Below, piece by piece: positions 38,830 through 52,249 of a stretch of 64,000 bases of DNA. Below the pieces are notes generated by a model. The model searched no databases. It saw only the letters and a list, made by a program, of their open reading frames with translations, and was not told where the DNA came from. Source of the DNA: Callorhinchus milii. Taxonomy: Eukaryota. The DNA is taken from assembly GCF_018977255.1 (NCBI RefSeq), contig NW_024704743.1, forward strand, positions 28,088,001-28,152,000, written 5' to 3'. Each line of letters begins with the position of its first letter. The stretch's first letter is position 1. The translations under genes were made by a program, and so were the position numbers.

Positions 38830-40693
38830 CCGTCCATACATTAAACATTACCTTTTCCCACAGGTTTGACTTCTTTAGTCCAGCAGTTGTGGTAACTGGT
38901 GGAAGCTTTGGGTGGGGGAAGAGTAAGGACTTGTCTCTTACCTACTAGCAAGCTAGTGCATTTTATGAAATCTAGGTTAATGGAACTGAGCTACGAAAAT
39001 TGTGACCCACATTGCATCTGTTAAAGGAACAAGCTTTAGTGATGGATCCGGGACAAAAGTGTTTAAGGGGTAATTGGGAAGAATTGGCTGTTTGATTAAT
39101 TTGAAAAATTTAATGTGTTTATCGTTATTGTGTGCTGGATATTTCTTTCGTTATTTTCTCATCCAGACAGTTTTAATGTGTAAATAAATTTCGCCCTTCC
39201 TAGAATAAGTCTTCAGCAATCCAACCTACCAACTGCAGTTATTGTAATTCAGTAGACACAGACATCTAGATATCACTGGGCTCTGCCATTGGTTTGAGAA
39301 CAAATCCAGTCATTTGATTTGATATATTAATCTTTGCAGGACTTGTCCTTTAATAGAGTCAAATCTTTCAGCTAATGTCTACAGCTATGGAAGGGACTTG
39401 TCCTCAGCACAAGGCAAATTTACTGCCAGGTTAATCTGTCACTGCAATAAATCCAATAATCCATTCAGGATGCCTGCTATTTAGGCCTGTAAGTAATATC
39501 CGTAACTGATTGAGTCAGATGCCTTTAAACTATTATTTATTTGTTTCCCAGCCTGTCTTTGGTGGGATAGGGTTAAGTGCTGCAACCTTGCATTACACAG
39601 GGAATGTTTGTCCAAACTATACTGTAACAAAACACATCCATGCAAAATGCTGGAGAGAAAGACAAATGCCTCAGAGTGCTTCACTTGTGCAGAGAGAGTG
39701 GGAGTTCCAGGCATTTTTTCAGCTAATACTAAAATTGCAGTTCATATTGTGCCCTCTACATTGCTGAATGTTGAGGCAATACATAATTCTTGAATTTTCC
39801 TTCATATTTGCATTTTGTTTTTTGTAGCACATGACTTCAATGATTTTTATGCAGTAATTAATTTGAATTCATCCCTCACTGCAATAAGTCCAATAAATGT
39901 TAACGGACAATAAAATCAGATCAATAAGTCCCTTTCTTAACAGCAGGTCTCCCTACAGTTACCTCATCTAGTTTTTCTTGGCTGTTACAGCATTTCTTTC
40001 ACACTCTTCACTCTCATCACAAAATGCAAATAAGTACTATATTGGAGATAATATTTCTAATAAAGAAACAGGAGCCTGAGACTCGCGGGAAACCTTGAAA
40101 TTCCACATAGTCTCAGCCTGCAAGACCACTGAGTCTAAAAATTTAAGATCATGCAGAATTGTGAAAAATTCTTAAATTCAATTCTAATTTGAAAGCCACC
40201 ATTCTACAGTTCTTGAAAGGAGCCCGCACCTAATTAAAGCTGAACTGTTTTTCCACAACTCTGCCCAGTGATTCAACTTTAAGACAACGTATTCTTCAAG
40301 CTGAAGATGAGTTAGAAGGTCAACCTCAAGTATCTATCTCTCTACAATAGATGTAAAGGAAGCTTAGCTTTACATTCTTGAAAAGATATATTCAGCAAAA
40401 ATTAAGACATCCTATCAAATCAGCATAAATTGAGGATTATCCCTAGAAGAAAAAAGGTGTAAGAGTTTTTAACACAGAGCATTGTTGCAATATTCATATC
40501 TTACTACAAAAAGCTGTTGAAGCCGAGTTCATAACAAGATTTGAAAATGATGAATACTTGAGGAAAAATAATATTAAAGGGGCAGAAAGACTAGGAAAAT
40601 AAAATTAGGACAGATCACTCCAGTGAGCAAGCTAACACCAGCATAGACCCATTGGGTCAGATGGCTGCTTGGTGTGTTTTGAATGTTTTCTAG

Positions 40694-41494
40694 CAACAAC
40701 AACAACAAGATTCCATTTATAGAGCGCCTTTCACTTCGGGAGGACGTCCCAAGGCACTGGACAGTTGGGTCAGGATCCGAGCAGGGGGGAAATGGTCAGG
40801 GTGAGGGGAGGGAAGGGAGGGAGCGAGGAGGGGGTAGAGAGTCGAGAAGGGAGCTGAAGGCACGGTTAAAGAGAAAGGTCTTGAGACCGGCCTTGAAGGA
40901 GGAAAGGGAGGAGGTGGCGAAGGCACTGGGGATAGAGTTCCAGAGCCTCGGGGCTGAGAGGCTGAAGGCCCGGCCACCGATGGTAGGGCGGTTGGCGCCG
41001 GGGACGTGGAGCAGACCGGAGCCAGAGGAACGGAGGGTATGGGCAGGTAGGTAGGGGGATAGTAGGTCGGAGAGGTAGGAGGGAGCAGGCCGTGAATGGC
41101 CTTGTAGGTGAGGATGAGGATCTTGAATTTGATCCTCTGGGGGATGGGAGCCAGTGGAGGCGAGCGAGGGTGGGAGTGATGTGGTCCGAAGCCTGGTGCG
41201 GGACAGTACACGAGCTGCAGAGTTCTGAATGACCTGCAGCTTGTGGAGGGAGGTGCGGGAAGGCCGGCGAGGAGAGAGTTCCCATAGTCCAGCCTTGAGG
41301 TGATAAAGGCGTGGACCAGAGTTTCAGCAGCGTGAGGGGTGAGGTAGTGCCGTAGTCTGGCGATGTTCCGGAGGTGATGGAAGGCGGTGCCAGTTGTGGC
41401 GCGGATATGAGGAAGAAAGGACAGCTCAGGGTCCAACAGAACACCGAGGTTCCTGACTCACTTTGAGAGGTGGAGAGTGCAGCCTTGGATGCTG
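40694..41494 (-). mobile_element. L2-clade LINE 3' fragment, same subfamily as 27279-28418
   Basis: Minus ORF DPELSFLPHIRATTGTAFHHLRNIARLRHYL...SRLDYGNSLL; (CAA)n tail at 40694. Confidence 0.93.
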
Positions 41495-41597
41495 TAGAGC
41501 AAGTAGAGCATTCCCCCATCAGAAAAAAAACTATAAAATCACAGTACTCTTGACACCAACCCTTTCTGATTATCTTTTTGTCTCTTGGTTTTGACAG

Positions 41598-41680
41598 TAA
41601 GAAGAACACTAAAGAGTGGCTTGACACCAGAGGAGGCCAAAGCACTGGGTCTGGTGAACACCTCCGAGATGCAGGTGTGA
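41598..41680 (+). CDS. FHOD3: FHOD3 terminal coding exon: (L)RRTLKSGLTPEEAKALGLVNTSEMQV*
   Basis: Acceptor ttggttttgacag|TA completes CTA (Leu); stop TGA at 41678-41680; resembles the FHOD3 C-terminus as I recall it (SLRRTLKSGLTPEEARALGLVGTSELQL). Confidence 0.95.
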
Positions 41681-44547
41681 AGTGACTGAACACGAGCCAA
41701 GGCAGGAAACACCACTAATAGCACCTGGGCAAGGCATGACACAGCACGGCTAAAAACATCCAGCTGGCAACCATTGGCTGCTCTGGGCATCCAGTCACTA
41801 CCCAGCTCACTCATCGTATGACACATATGAGCGACGAGAGCTTCAAAGGGATGTTGAATATTGGCACTAAAATTCTGAGAGTTTTTTTTTAAAAATCAGG
41901 ATTGTTCAGAAATATTTATACCTAGATAAAAGTATTGCTTTTTGTTTTGTTTTTCTAATTGACAGGGTTAGAAAAGTAAGCTGTTGTACGAGATATGTTG
42001 TACGAAATATGTTTACGTTGGCTTTTCTTGTGGCCTACTTATGTAGCAATACCATGCACCAAGTCAGTGTAAGCACCAGACCTTAAGGAGACAGTATGTT
42101 GAAGTTTGCTGGATCAACCCCAGCCATGTGTTGGAACTTTAAACAGATGTCGTCTAACCTGCACCAAAAAGCATTGATGTGATCCAGCGTAGTCTAACTT
42201 ATACACACAAAAATACATTAGTTGAACAGATAACCTTGAGTTTTCCAAAGTTATGTGTTTGTGGCCCAGTACAGTGAAAGCAAACTTCTTTTCTAGAATA
42301 TTATTGGCAAAGATAGGTATTAAATATAGTGAAGTACAGGCTGGACCAGTTAGGCAGCAGAGGATTCTGAAACAGCATCAGGAACAGTCGTGTTCATTGA
42401 AGTCCAAGTCAGTGCAAAGATCGTCAAGAGGCAGTATGTCTATGAAGAAGACATAATTGCAATGATCATTAAAAGTGTATTAAATGACTTGCCTTTATAA
42501 CTAAGGCCTGAAAATCTGACTGATTTGATTGTAGGTTTTTTTAAATGGAGACAACTGAAGTATCTTAATATTCCTGTACAGCCCATCCCTAAAGCTCAGT
42601 GACACAGTGTGGACTGCCGTATAATCAGTGAGTTTTGTCACCTCTGCCTGTTTGCACTGGGAGGGAAGGGCCTATCCTGTCTTGACATTTTAATGTTGGT
42701 CAGAGAGTCCAGAATCTCAATGAACCCAACTCCTGATGGCCATGATTTGTACTTCCTAGTAGTTTCTGAAGCACAGCCAATATTGATAATAGATAGTCCT
42801 CAGCTCCACTCAATTCTTACTGAAACCTCAGAGATGGCAAAGGCTAAAGCAAGGGAGAGTTGGACAAGAAGGAGATTACCCTCCCCAACCCCCACAAAGT
42901 GTCCAAAAGTGATAATCCCAAAAAGTATTATAGTGAAATAAAAGTGGTGTATAGAGTGCTAGAGAGTGGAGGCCAGGTCAGCTGGTTGCAAGCCAAGATC
43001 AGAAGTGAAACCTTCCAGACCAGCAGACAATCCACAATTTCCTGGCCAGTAAACTCAGCTGCTGTTTGATTTCACCTGATTATGATGATAGGGGCTGAGT
43101 ATGGGGTACTCTTGTTTAGTATACATGGGGTAGGCAGTATGAGGTGTTGTAGGGTTGAACACAACTGCAACAAGTTTTCCTTCTGCCAGCTGAGCTGAAG
43201 TGTAACTTGAACTGCACCACTGTGTGGATTCACCATGACTGCGTCTAAGAAGCTCTTCAACCACAAGATGAGGAAAAGGCTCAGTGTTTTACCTATAAAT
43301 GGCATGATATAACGAAGGGGGTAAGGGTACTATGAGAGCAGAAGGTAGATAGAGGTGCAGGGGTGTAGTTTGGTGCAGTCAATCATGTTGAAATGCCTCA
43401 AAAAAGTCAAGCTTGGACTTTAGGGTCAATCATTTTCCAGGAGGCATGCAATAAGATTACACATTAAAACAGTTCAATGATCTGCAGTTAATTTTCAGGT
43501 CAGTTCCGTTGTTCAGCCTCTGACTCAACAGTCACCTATCAATACATTTGTGCTCAGGCTTATGTAGATAATGGGATGAGGATTAGCAGTCTCACTGTGA
43601 TTGAATTTAATGCATAGTCAAAACAAAACTCAAACAGGCATATAGATATTTTTCATTCTTTCAAAGAGGACCGACCTATGGAATGGGATAATAAAGTAAC
43701 ATTTCATTTTATAATCAAGCACAAAATAAGAACAGCACATGATCAGCATTACCTATATGTACCAGATCAGAGAGAGCCATAGCATAGTAATACTATTGAG
43801 GGGTAGAGACAACAAAACTTGCATTTATATTGCATCCTTCACATTGCGGTGTCGTGTCTTGGAGTGCCTAGGTTTAGTCGTGTCTCCTACATCTTTGTGC
43901 CCCTAGATTGCTGGCCTAAATGCAAGTCTTATTCACCGCATGAAAATTTGCTTATGGATTTGCAGGTATACAGCGTAGAACCCTAAAACAGGTTAGTGAG
44001 TCCATGAGCTAAGGTGGGGTGGGCCAAGATTTGTGCACGTTTTCACATGTAATGAGTTATCTGATGCCTTGGAGAAGTTTATCATTTGTTATTTTTGGCC
44101 CAGCAGTGAGATTTGAAAATCTCCATGGTTGTTTCAATAATAATAATAATACTTGCATTTCATATAGCTCCTAATCATGCCCCCTAGATGTCTCAAAGTG
44201 CTTCATGGGATACACTGTAAAGTGTTTTTGACTGTTTTTTGGGTGAAATGCGACCGGCTTTGTGAGAAAGATAGCACCTCATAAGGCTGTGTCTGGATTC
44301 CTCTATGTCCCCATGTGTCATTAATGATCGTGGCTGAACACTTGTATCGTGGTCTGTGTGCCTGGCTGATCCAGAAGATAAGATCATAGGTCAGGCTCAA
44401 GGAACATTGAGACAGACCAAACCAAGTGACCCTTGCAGACGTTTGTATGCAGAGCTTCTCTTGTGTTGAAAAGCTATGGATTGAGCGACATTAATAACAC
44501 AATACCAACAATCGGGATAGTAAGGTGTAAAAGTCAAGAAGGAATTT

Positions 44548-44795
44548 ATAATAATAATCCTTGCATTTGATATAGCGCTTTTCACATCTTCTAGACGTCT
44601 CAAAGCGCTTCACAGAATATAATGTAAACTGAATTGACTATATATTTGTGGGCGAAACTTGGCAGTAGTGTCCCACAAACAGTCGTGGAGTGAAGTGACC
44701 AATTTATTTTTTTCTTGAGGGATTATTATTAGGCATATGGAGTAAGGAAACTTTCCCAAGGTTTCGCCCTGCCGGGAATCGAACCCAGGTCTCTC
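44548..44795 (-). mobile_element. tRNA-derived SINE, internally deleted subfamily
   Basis: Family tail, body and head; junction gagggattattattaggcatatggagtaagg shared with 57473-57780. Confidence 0.85.
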
Positions 44796-45554
44796 AATGT
44801 ATTAGTCAAAGAGAAGCGTCTGCTTGTCTAACCCTTTTATATGGATCAATGAAATCTAATTGTTGAAAAATGTGCTGTCAAATATTCAATAATCTTGAGT
44901 AAGGATGTAAATCTGCAATTTTCCAGCAACAAATGTGCTCATAAAGCTAGCAGTCAACGAATGTGTAGAGGAGTTGTCAGCACAGTGTGAGCAGCTTCTG
45001 TAGCCTCAAATTTTACTTTTAAATTTAAGTGCAAAACATAAATTGAGAGGAATAGGGTTAGTTATTCACTTCTTGACGGTAAAACATCTGACCTTGGCAT
45101 TGATTGTTTGCAGTGAGATCTCCCAATGAGGAAAGCACATGGTGAAGATTGGTAAATTTACCGACTGGCAGAAAATTGCTCCAAAGGGTTTATCCTCAAT
45201 GTTCTGCTTCGTCGCCACTGACTGTTTGGATTTTGGCCACTTAAGTATTAAGGCAATGGAGTAGGAGATTAGTCCACAGTAGATTAGTAAGGGGCAAACT
45301 AAAAAGAAGTAAATTTGTGACGTGATAGAACCATAGAAATTTACAGCAAAGAAAAAGGCCATTTGGCTCATTGTATCTGTGCTGGCTCTTTTAAAGAGCA
45401 ATTCTTTCTGTCCCGATACCCCTATAGTTTACTACTTTTTAGATATCTGTCTAGTTCCCTTTTGAAAGCTTATATGGATTCTACCTCAACCACTGCTGCC
45501 AGGGCATTTCCATAACCTATGTTATCACAGGAGATATCACATGCTGTAAATTGT

Positions 45555-45963
45555 GTCAGCCAGGCTCAGTGGTAACACTGAGTTGGAAGTTTCTGGAATC
45601 ACATAGTGTAAGATGACACTCCAATGCAGTGCTAGGGGTGTGTTGCATTGTTGGAGGCGCGGTCCTTCGGATGAGACGTTAAACCAAGGTCCCATCAGCC
45701 TGTTCGGGTGGACGTTAAATATCCCATAGTACTAGTCGAAAAGAGAAGGTTGTTTTTCCCGATGTTCTGGAAAACAAATCCCCAAAATAAAATTGGTTAC
45801 TCACTCCAAGACTGTTTGTGGGACATTGCTGTGCAGAATTACCTGCCATGTTTCTCTCACAAAGTATGCAGTCAAACCACTTTACAGTATATCATGTGAA
45901 GCACTTTGAGACATCTCAATAACGTAATAAGGTGCTATATCAAGGCAAGGATTACTATTATTA
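45555..45963 (+). mobile_element. Older Deu-domain SINE (SacSINE1/DeuSINE-like)
   Basis: Contains ggatgagacgttaaaccaaggtcccatcagcctgttcgggtggacgttaaatatcccatagtacta, matching my recollection of the DeuSINE central domain; L2-like tail with (ATT)n. Confidence 0.75.
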
Positions 45964-47555
45964 TAAATTTCATCCCAAAGTTTCTTCACCTCTCAGTAGA
46001 TTATGACAGATTATGAAGAAGGCTGATATGAAAACCAAAGTGAAAATGATATATCTTTGTACAATAGTTTTTTAAGGCAACCTGGTGTACACCGACCATA
46101 ACAATACAGTTACTATTTTATTGCTGGTAATTTCAATCAGGTTGATATAAAGCATATGTTCCAAGATGGCAACTGTGAATAGACAGTACAGTAGAGTCTT
46201 AGTTCTATCTATCTCATTTTGGCTTCATATCACGGTAGTATTTTATTTATTTATTTTTAAGCGGTTTTCAAAAAAGTAAAACCAATACTCAGAATAATCA
46301 TCATGGTGCCTGTAAAAGTTGATAGGCAGAAACGAATCTTAGGTTTCCACATGGCAATATTGTGTTTGGCTTTCTCAGCATGACTTTTGATTTGTGTTTC
46401 CATATATCCACCGTATCTTGTTACAGCTCAAATATTAGGTAGATTTGATCATTTTTTTTTAAAGTTCAAGAAGCTCCTTCCTGCCTTGGCTTGCAATGTA
46501 GATACTGTCTCTTTAACGTACTTGGACTGCATGAATTGGCTGTACTGGCAACACAAGCAGTGGATTCTTGAAAGGTTACATACTGTGTAATGAAGCTTCC
46601 GAGAGCATAAGGAAAAGAGGAATTCATTTGCTTTTATTATTTTTGAAAAACAAATGCAGTGTTAAAGCATGTATGAATATGTGTAATCCTTTTCAGTTTG
46701 AACCTAGGCTTCCTCATCAATCCTGCACTTTTACTGAGACAGCTGAATAGATGATGATTCAATTGAAGAGCCCTTGGAAAGGGCAGCAATACACAATGCA
46801 CAGCCTTGTGGTACACTCTTATAGCCACGTATAAGGCTTTAACACTGTGGCCAACAGATCAAAAAGAATGGTTGTCTCCCCATTATGGCTATGTAGAAAA
46901 TACCACAGATTTTCATTTAATTTGAAACCGTCTAAGGACGTATTCTTGACTTTTTTTGTGAACTGGGAATTTGTAAAAAAAAATTAAGCAGGAAAAAGAA
47001 AAGACTTGTAAAGTAGAAAGTGAGAGTTTCGAAGAAAAAATAAAAGGACAATGCTGTACAATTGTGTAAATGTCGCTCTTCATAATGTTTTGTGTAGCAT
47101 AGTGTAAAATAGGTCAGACAATGGCAGTGTTATTCTGTGAATTGTAATTTAAAACAAAAGCCATGCATGGTCCTTTAATTACTCCATAAATTGCTCATTA
47201 TAGATAAGGGTGTTTGTTATATCTTACGTCCATGTGTCTCTGAAATTGCATTTGTTTTTGTGTTTTTATGTTAAGGACTTGAACTACTGTTGTAGAACCA
47301 TCCACTACACAGCAACTACGTATACAGCCTTAGGAAGCCTTGACACTGCATTATTAATTACTAGTGCGGTTAGGGAGGCACAGGCCACCCTCTTGCTCGC
47401 AGCCCACCTGCCCTAATGTCTCCTCCACTAGTACAACACCCTTGTCTGTCAGTGACATTCAAGTTAGAAGTGTAAACTGGCTGCAGAAGAACTCCATATC
47501 TTAAATCTTACCATAACTCTTAGCAGTGTTTCAACAGCTTCCAGCAACAGTACTA

Positions 47556-47620
47556 TGTACAAACATCTCGCAATAAAGCTCTATTAAGCAAACGTTGTCA
47601 ATCGTGTCTATGTTGTTTTA
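47556..47620 (+). terminator. Candidate distal polyadenylation site (possibly FHOD3 long 3' UTR)
   Basis: TGTA at 47556, AATAAA at 47572-47577, GT/T-rich downstream element tcgtgtctatgttgtttta at about 47602-47620. Proximal alternatives: ATTAAA at 42468 and 42479, AATAAA at 42937. Confidence 0.45.
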
Positions 47621-48159
47621 TCAAACGGAAATGAGAGCTAGGAATGAGAGCTCAAAGCTGAGAGCTTTAGCAAAGACAGGTTGGATGGCTGGCTGGGTGG
47701 GTGAGTGAGCAGGCAGGTGTCTGTGTGAGTGTGTGTGTGTGGAGGAAACCATCACTCAATCTGTTATATAATAATGATGATGCTCTATCCTTCAAACAAG
47801 GCTGTTACTGTATTTATTTTGCATGTGTCAAAAATTTGGGCAGAATTTATTGATATTTTTCATTCTCATCTCTCGTTTCTTCCCTTCCTCCGCCCCACCC
47901 CATGAAATTATATTATGAAAATGAATTTTGTCTGACCGGTCAGAGATTGAGAAAGGGGTGAGTGAAGGGCAACTAGCAGTAACAAACAATGGATTGTTTT
48001 GCATTCACTAGCAAAGGTTGAAAATGTGACATTTCAAGACATTCATTGTAATAATTATCATCAAAACTGGAATGAAACATCCCATTTTTCACTCCCATAA
48101 TATAAGTATATTGCTGATGAGTAGCTTTCCCATACTTATGGGGAAAATTCCACCTGGAC

Positions 48160-48362
48160 TTCCTCCCTTGCCTCCTTCAAGGTCGGTCTCAAGACCTTTC
48201 TCTTCGACCGTGCTTTTGGTCTTCCTCCCACCTCTCCGCCTTCTCTCACCCCTAAACCACCTCCCGTCCCCCATGCACGGGCCACGACACCTGACTGTTC
48301 AGCACTTTGGGACGTCCTCCCAAAGTGAAAGGCGCTCTATAAATGCAATTTTGTTGTTGTTG
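48160..48362 (+). mobile_element. L2 3' end fragment
   Basis: ccttcaaggtcggtctcaagacctttctcttcgaccg ... gggacgtcctcccaaagtgaaaggcgctctataaatgcaa(ttg)n. Confidence 0.85.
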
Positions 48363-48436
48363 TTTATGTGCCATTTCAGAGCTTGCAGAATTTGGCAAAT
48401 TCTTAAACACAACCTTAATTTTTAGGCTACTTTTCT

Positions 48437-48751
48437 ATAATAATAATCCTTGCATTTGATATAGCACCTTATCATGTCTTCGAGATGTCTCAAAGCGCTT
48501 CACAGAACATAATAATAATCATAATCATTGCATTTGATATATCGCCTTATCACTTCTTAAGTCTCAAAGCGCTTCACAGAATATACTGTAAAGTGAATTG
48601 ACTGTATATTTTATGGATGAAATGTGGCAGCCAATTGTGCACAGCAGTGTCTCACAAACAGTCATGGATTTTGGTGATCTTTTATTATCTTTTTGAAGGG
48701 GTTATTACCCCTGGAAAGCGATCTGCCAATTGTCTAACAACCGGGTTCCTA
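48437..48751 (-). mobile_element. SINE 3' portion with a duplicated 3' end
   Basis: Two successive (AAT)n...ttgcatttgatat...tctcaaagcgcttcacagaa units followed by the family body. Confidence 0.85.
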
Positions 48752-50865
48752 TTTATAACTTTTTTTTAAAGAACTACACAAAAAAACAACTTCAAAGTTG
48801 TGGCTGAATTTCACAATTTCCTTAATTCTGAGCACTCTGAATTGCTAATAAATTCAGCAAATGTACAGCCAGGTGGAGTCTCTCCCCACCTGTGGTTTAT
48901 TGCCGGGTCTGTTCACCACCTGGAAGTGGTGCATGTGGTGTTCCATGACCTCACAGGACTGGCTGACCCTTGAGTCATATTTCAAACCTATTAAATAGTT
49001 CAGTACTTACTTGTGGGGAGTATATTTGTTCCTAGCCTCATTATTGTGGGCTGCAAAAATGAGAAACAACTTGTTAGGATTTTTTTTAAATTGTATAATA
49101 TAAGGAACTAATGATACACTTTAACTAACTTGTCAGATGGTACAGCGACTAGTTCGTTCTCTGCAATTCACCTGATGCTGACTTGTGTTCATGTTTAAAT
49201 GTAATTAATGTGCTTAATTGAATTGTATTGAAATATTAAAGTTTAAGAGAGAAGTAACAGAGAGAGAAGGACTGGCATAGTGTGGTACAACAGTAACAGT
49301 ATAATTGCAATTACCTATATTGTAGCCATTACAGAATCTAATGCATAATTTGAATTGGCCTAAAATTACAAAAATCACACTGTTTGAAGAGCTAGCTAGT
49401 TCAGTTTTTACAATGTTGAACTATAAAGAGTGCAAGAAAGCCTTGAGGTGCATTTTTTTTAAAAAAACACATATTTGTGTGGAGGCCAAACAACCAACTG
49501 TGATATATGTATCTGTCTGAGAAGGGTATCATATGTTCTCACTTGCATACATTATAACCAGGGTTAGTTTCCCATGCTACAATGAGCCCCAAAATTGCTT
49601 CAATAAGTGCTGAAAATATTCATATGCCAGTGTTACTCAAACTTTTATTTATTTGGCTCTTTGGGTCTTCAAATATAAAATAAGTAGTTTCAGGTGTTGG
49701 TAAAGTGTGGGCAGGGTTACCTACTGTTTCATCGTAACACAACATGCTGAATTTTCTACAATGTATTCACAATGTTAATACATAATGCAACAAGAGTCAA
49801 GAAGCTAATAATTTATTTATTAGTTATTCCACGAAGAGCTATTAAAATATAGCGTAGCTATTATAGCTGTAACTGCCAGGTAATGATATTTTGGGGTCAG
49901 ATGGGTGTCTGATACGTGCAGAAACCCATCACCATGCTTAAGAGTATCCAAACCAAATAGAGTCTATGCATCCTACCTCTACATGGAAATTTCAGTGATA
50001 TTTATTAGAATGGAATGTGCACTCTCTCTCTAGAGGGAGATATTCTGGTTACCTTATTCCAAAAAGTATTCGGCAAGAGCCAAGGCTTGGGACACCAGAG
50101 TCTGTGTTGGGGTACAGCTGGCTAGCTAACTAGTTAAAACCGAATAGCTTGCCATTGATAACACTGTGTGGCAAACTTTCCCACTGCTTGTTCAGCTTGG
50201 ATCATCCTCCCCATTAGGGCTTGGTCTTGCACAGTTGATGGGAGCTGCCCTTCTAAGTGCTGTCGATGAGCCAGGCTGGCTGTGCTGTCATCAGCCGTGC
50301 CCTGGAATAGTGCAGACCTGCCTGGCTAAGGAACTAGACTACCAAGACTGCTATGGAGGGTGGGCTTGATTCTCATGTTCTATCGCCAAAGGTATCACCT
50401 TTGAGTCAATTCAGCTTACCTCCACTCAAGGAGGATAGTCACTTATTGCTCATTTGTCATCTGATAAGCGTGGGTTTGAGCCTTCATTATGTGGATGGTA
50501 GGTACCGGGAACTCCGTGCGAACTTCTTGGTGGGAAACACACCTCAACATTAAATGCATGAGAGCATTGTCACCATCTTCCTGCCCAGACACACATCCCT
50601 TCACCACCTGGTGATGGTTCACCATTTGGGGTGTGGAACTTAAGCAACGACTGCTTACCTCTCTGCATTCCAGGGTTGGAATACATGTTCACAAACTCGG
50701 ATCATGTAATGCCTTCAAACAGCTGTCTCCCCAAGCCTCAGAGTTTCCTCATGAGCTATCTGATGGACATCTGCCTTCAGCATGATGGAAGGACCTTTAT
50801 AGGATAGCTTGCTAAGTGCCAGCCAACTTGATGTTCTCGATTCCAAGTCCAATGCCACATACCAT

Positions 50866-51070
50866 CAACAACAACAACAACAAGATTTCATTTATAAAGC
50901 GCCTTTCACGTCAGGAGGACGTCCCAAAGCGCTGCACAGTTGGGTCATGACCCGAGCAGGGGGGAAATGGTCAGGGTGAGGGGAGGGAAGGGAGGGAGCG
51001 AGGAGGGGGGAAATGGTCAGGGTGAGGGGAGGGAAGGGAGGGAGCGAGGAGGGGGAAGAGAGTCGAGAGT
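50866..51070 (-). mobile_element. L2 3' UTR fragment (young)
   Basis: Near-identical reverse complement of about 28160-28418, with (CAA)n tail. Confidence 0.9.
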
Positions 51071-52074
51071 CAAGCTTACTCAACACCAGCTGCTTTATGT
51101 GAGGTCCTCATACGAGGGGCCTTGGCCAATAAGCATGCCCACTGTGAAGCTGCGTTCATCTCCAGGGTACTCAGTGACAGGTCAATGTAGGCCGAAGCCT
51201 TCCATCAATGCAGCCAGACTTTAATCCTTATATGGGACTCCCAGCTGGACCATCAGTGTCAGTTATAAAATAGGCCTGGACCAGAAAGAAAAAAGATTAT
51301 GCATGGAATCTGTTTCTGATTACCGACACATGACTTCTGCTGCATTTGTTTATGTCTAGCGAGAATAGGATTGGGCTGAGTTTGATGCTCACATCCAACA
51401 TCCAGGCACACAACGTATGGCATTCACTGTTCAGGTTCACACGTGAAGGGAGCCAGAAGGCGATTTGGTGACTGAAGCCCGTGAAACCATCATAATTGGA
51501 ATTTTCAAGCTCATGGACAAACAATCTCTAAAAAGCTTGCTGTCTGACACATGCGGAAACCCATCACCGTATTTAAGAGTATCCAAACCAAGCTGAGAAT
51601 TCCATGCATCCCACCTACACATGGAAATCCCAGAGATAGATTGTTGGAATGGAATGCGCACTCTCTCCTCTGGAGGGATGCTTCCTGCTTACCTAATTCC
51701 GGAAGGTTTTAGGCACAAGCCAAGACTTGGGATGGCCGAATGTGCTTTGGGATGCTGCTGGAGTTTAAAAAGAGAAGAAAACTGCTTTGTGTAGAATATG
51801 GAGGGCACCTTCCAAGTTCACAAGACAATAGAACACTCTCTCACAGTGAATTTAAGACAGTATTTCAACTTCATGATTATGTTGACCATTCATAAATCAG
51901 ACTTCCCTTTTCAATTCACTTGATTTGAATCACTGAATTTAATTATTCCTTTGTAGCACACCGCCAGTCATCTGTTATCCTAAATATACGGTCCAAGGTT
52001 TCATTGCCTGCAAAAGCTTCAGAAGATTGATATCTCTGCTTTTGGCATAATCCCTCCAAAAACACAAAACAATA

Positions 52075-52249
52075 ATAAATTGGTCATTTTCAATCCATGA
52101 CTGTTTGTGGGACACTGCTGTGCGCAATTGGCTGCTGCTTTCGCCCACAAATATACAGTCAATTCACTTTACAGTATATTCTGTGAAGCGCTTTGGGACG
52201 TCTAGAAGACGTGAAAAGCGCTAAATCAAATGCAAGGATTATTATTATT
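52075..52249 (+). mobile_element. SINE 3' half
   Basis: Family body and tail. Further 3' fragments at about 1428-1610(-), 15270-15450(-), 18725-18822(+), 20606-20685(+), 23775-23872(+), 44136-44250(-), 55724-55842(-) and 59543-59765(-). Confidence 0.85.

Noticed and set aside
8677..41680. Assignment to FHOD1 rather than FHOD3
   Set aside because: The T(D/E)5XE micro-exon, AAEHENMKAVLK, DEIMDRIVKSAT and the GLTPEEA.ALGLV C-terminus fit FHOD3.
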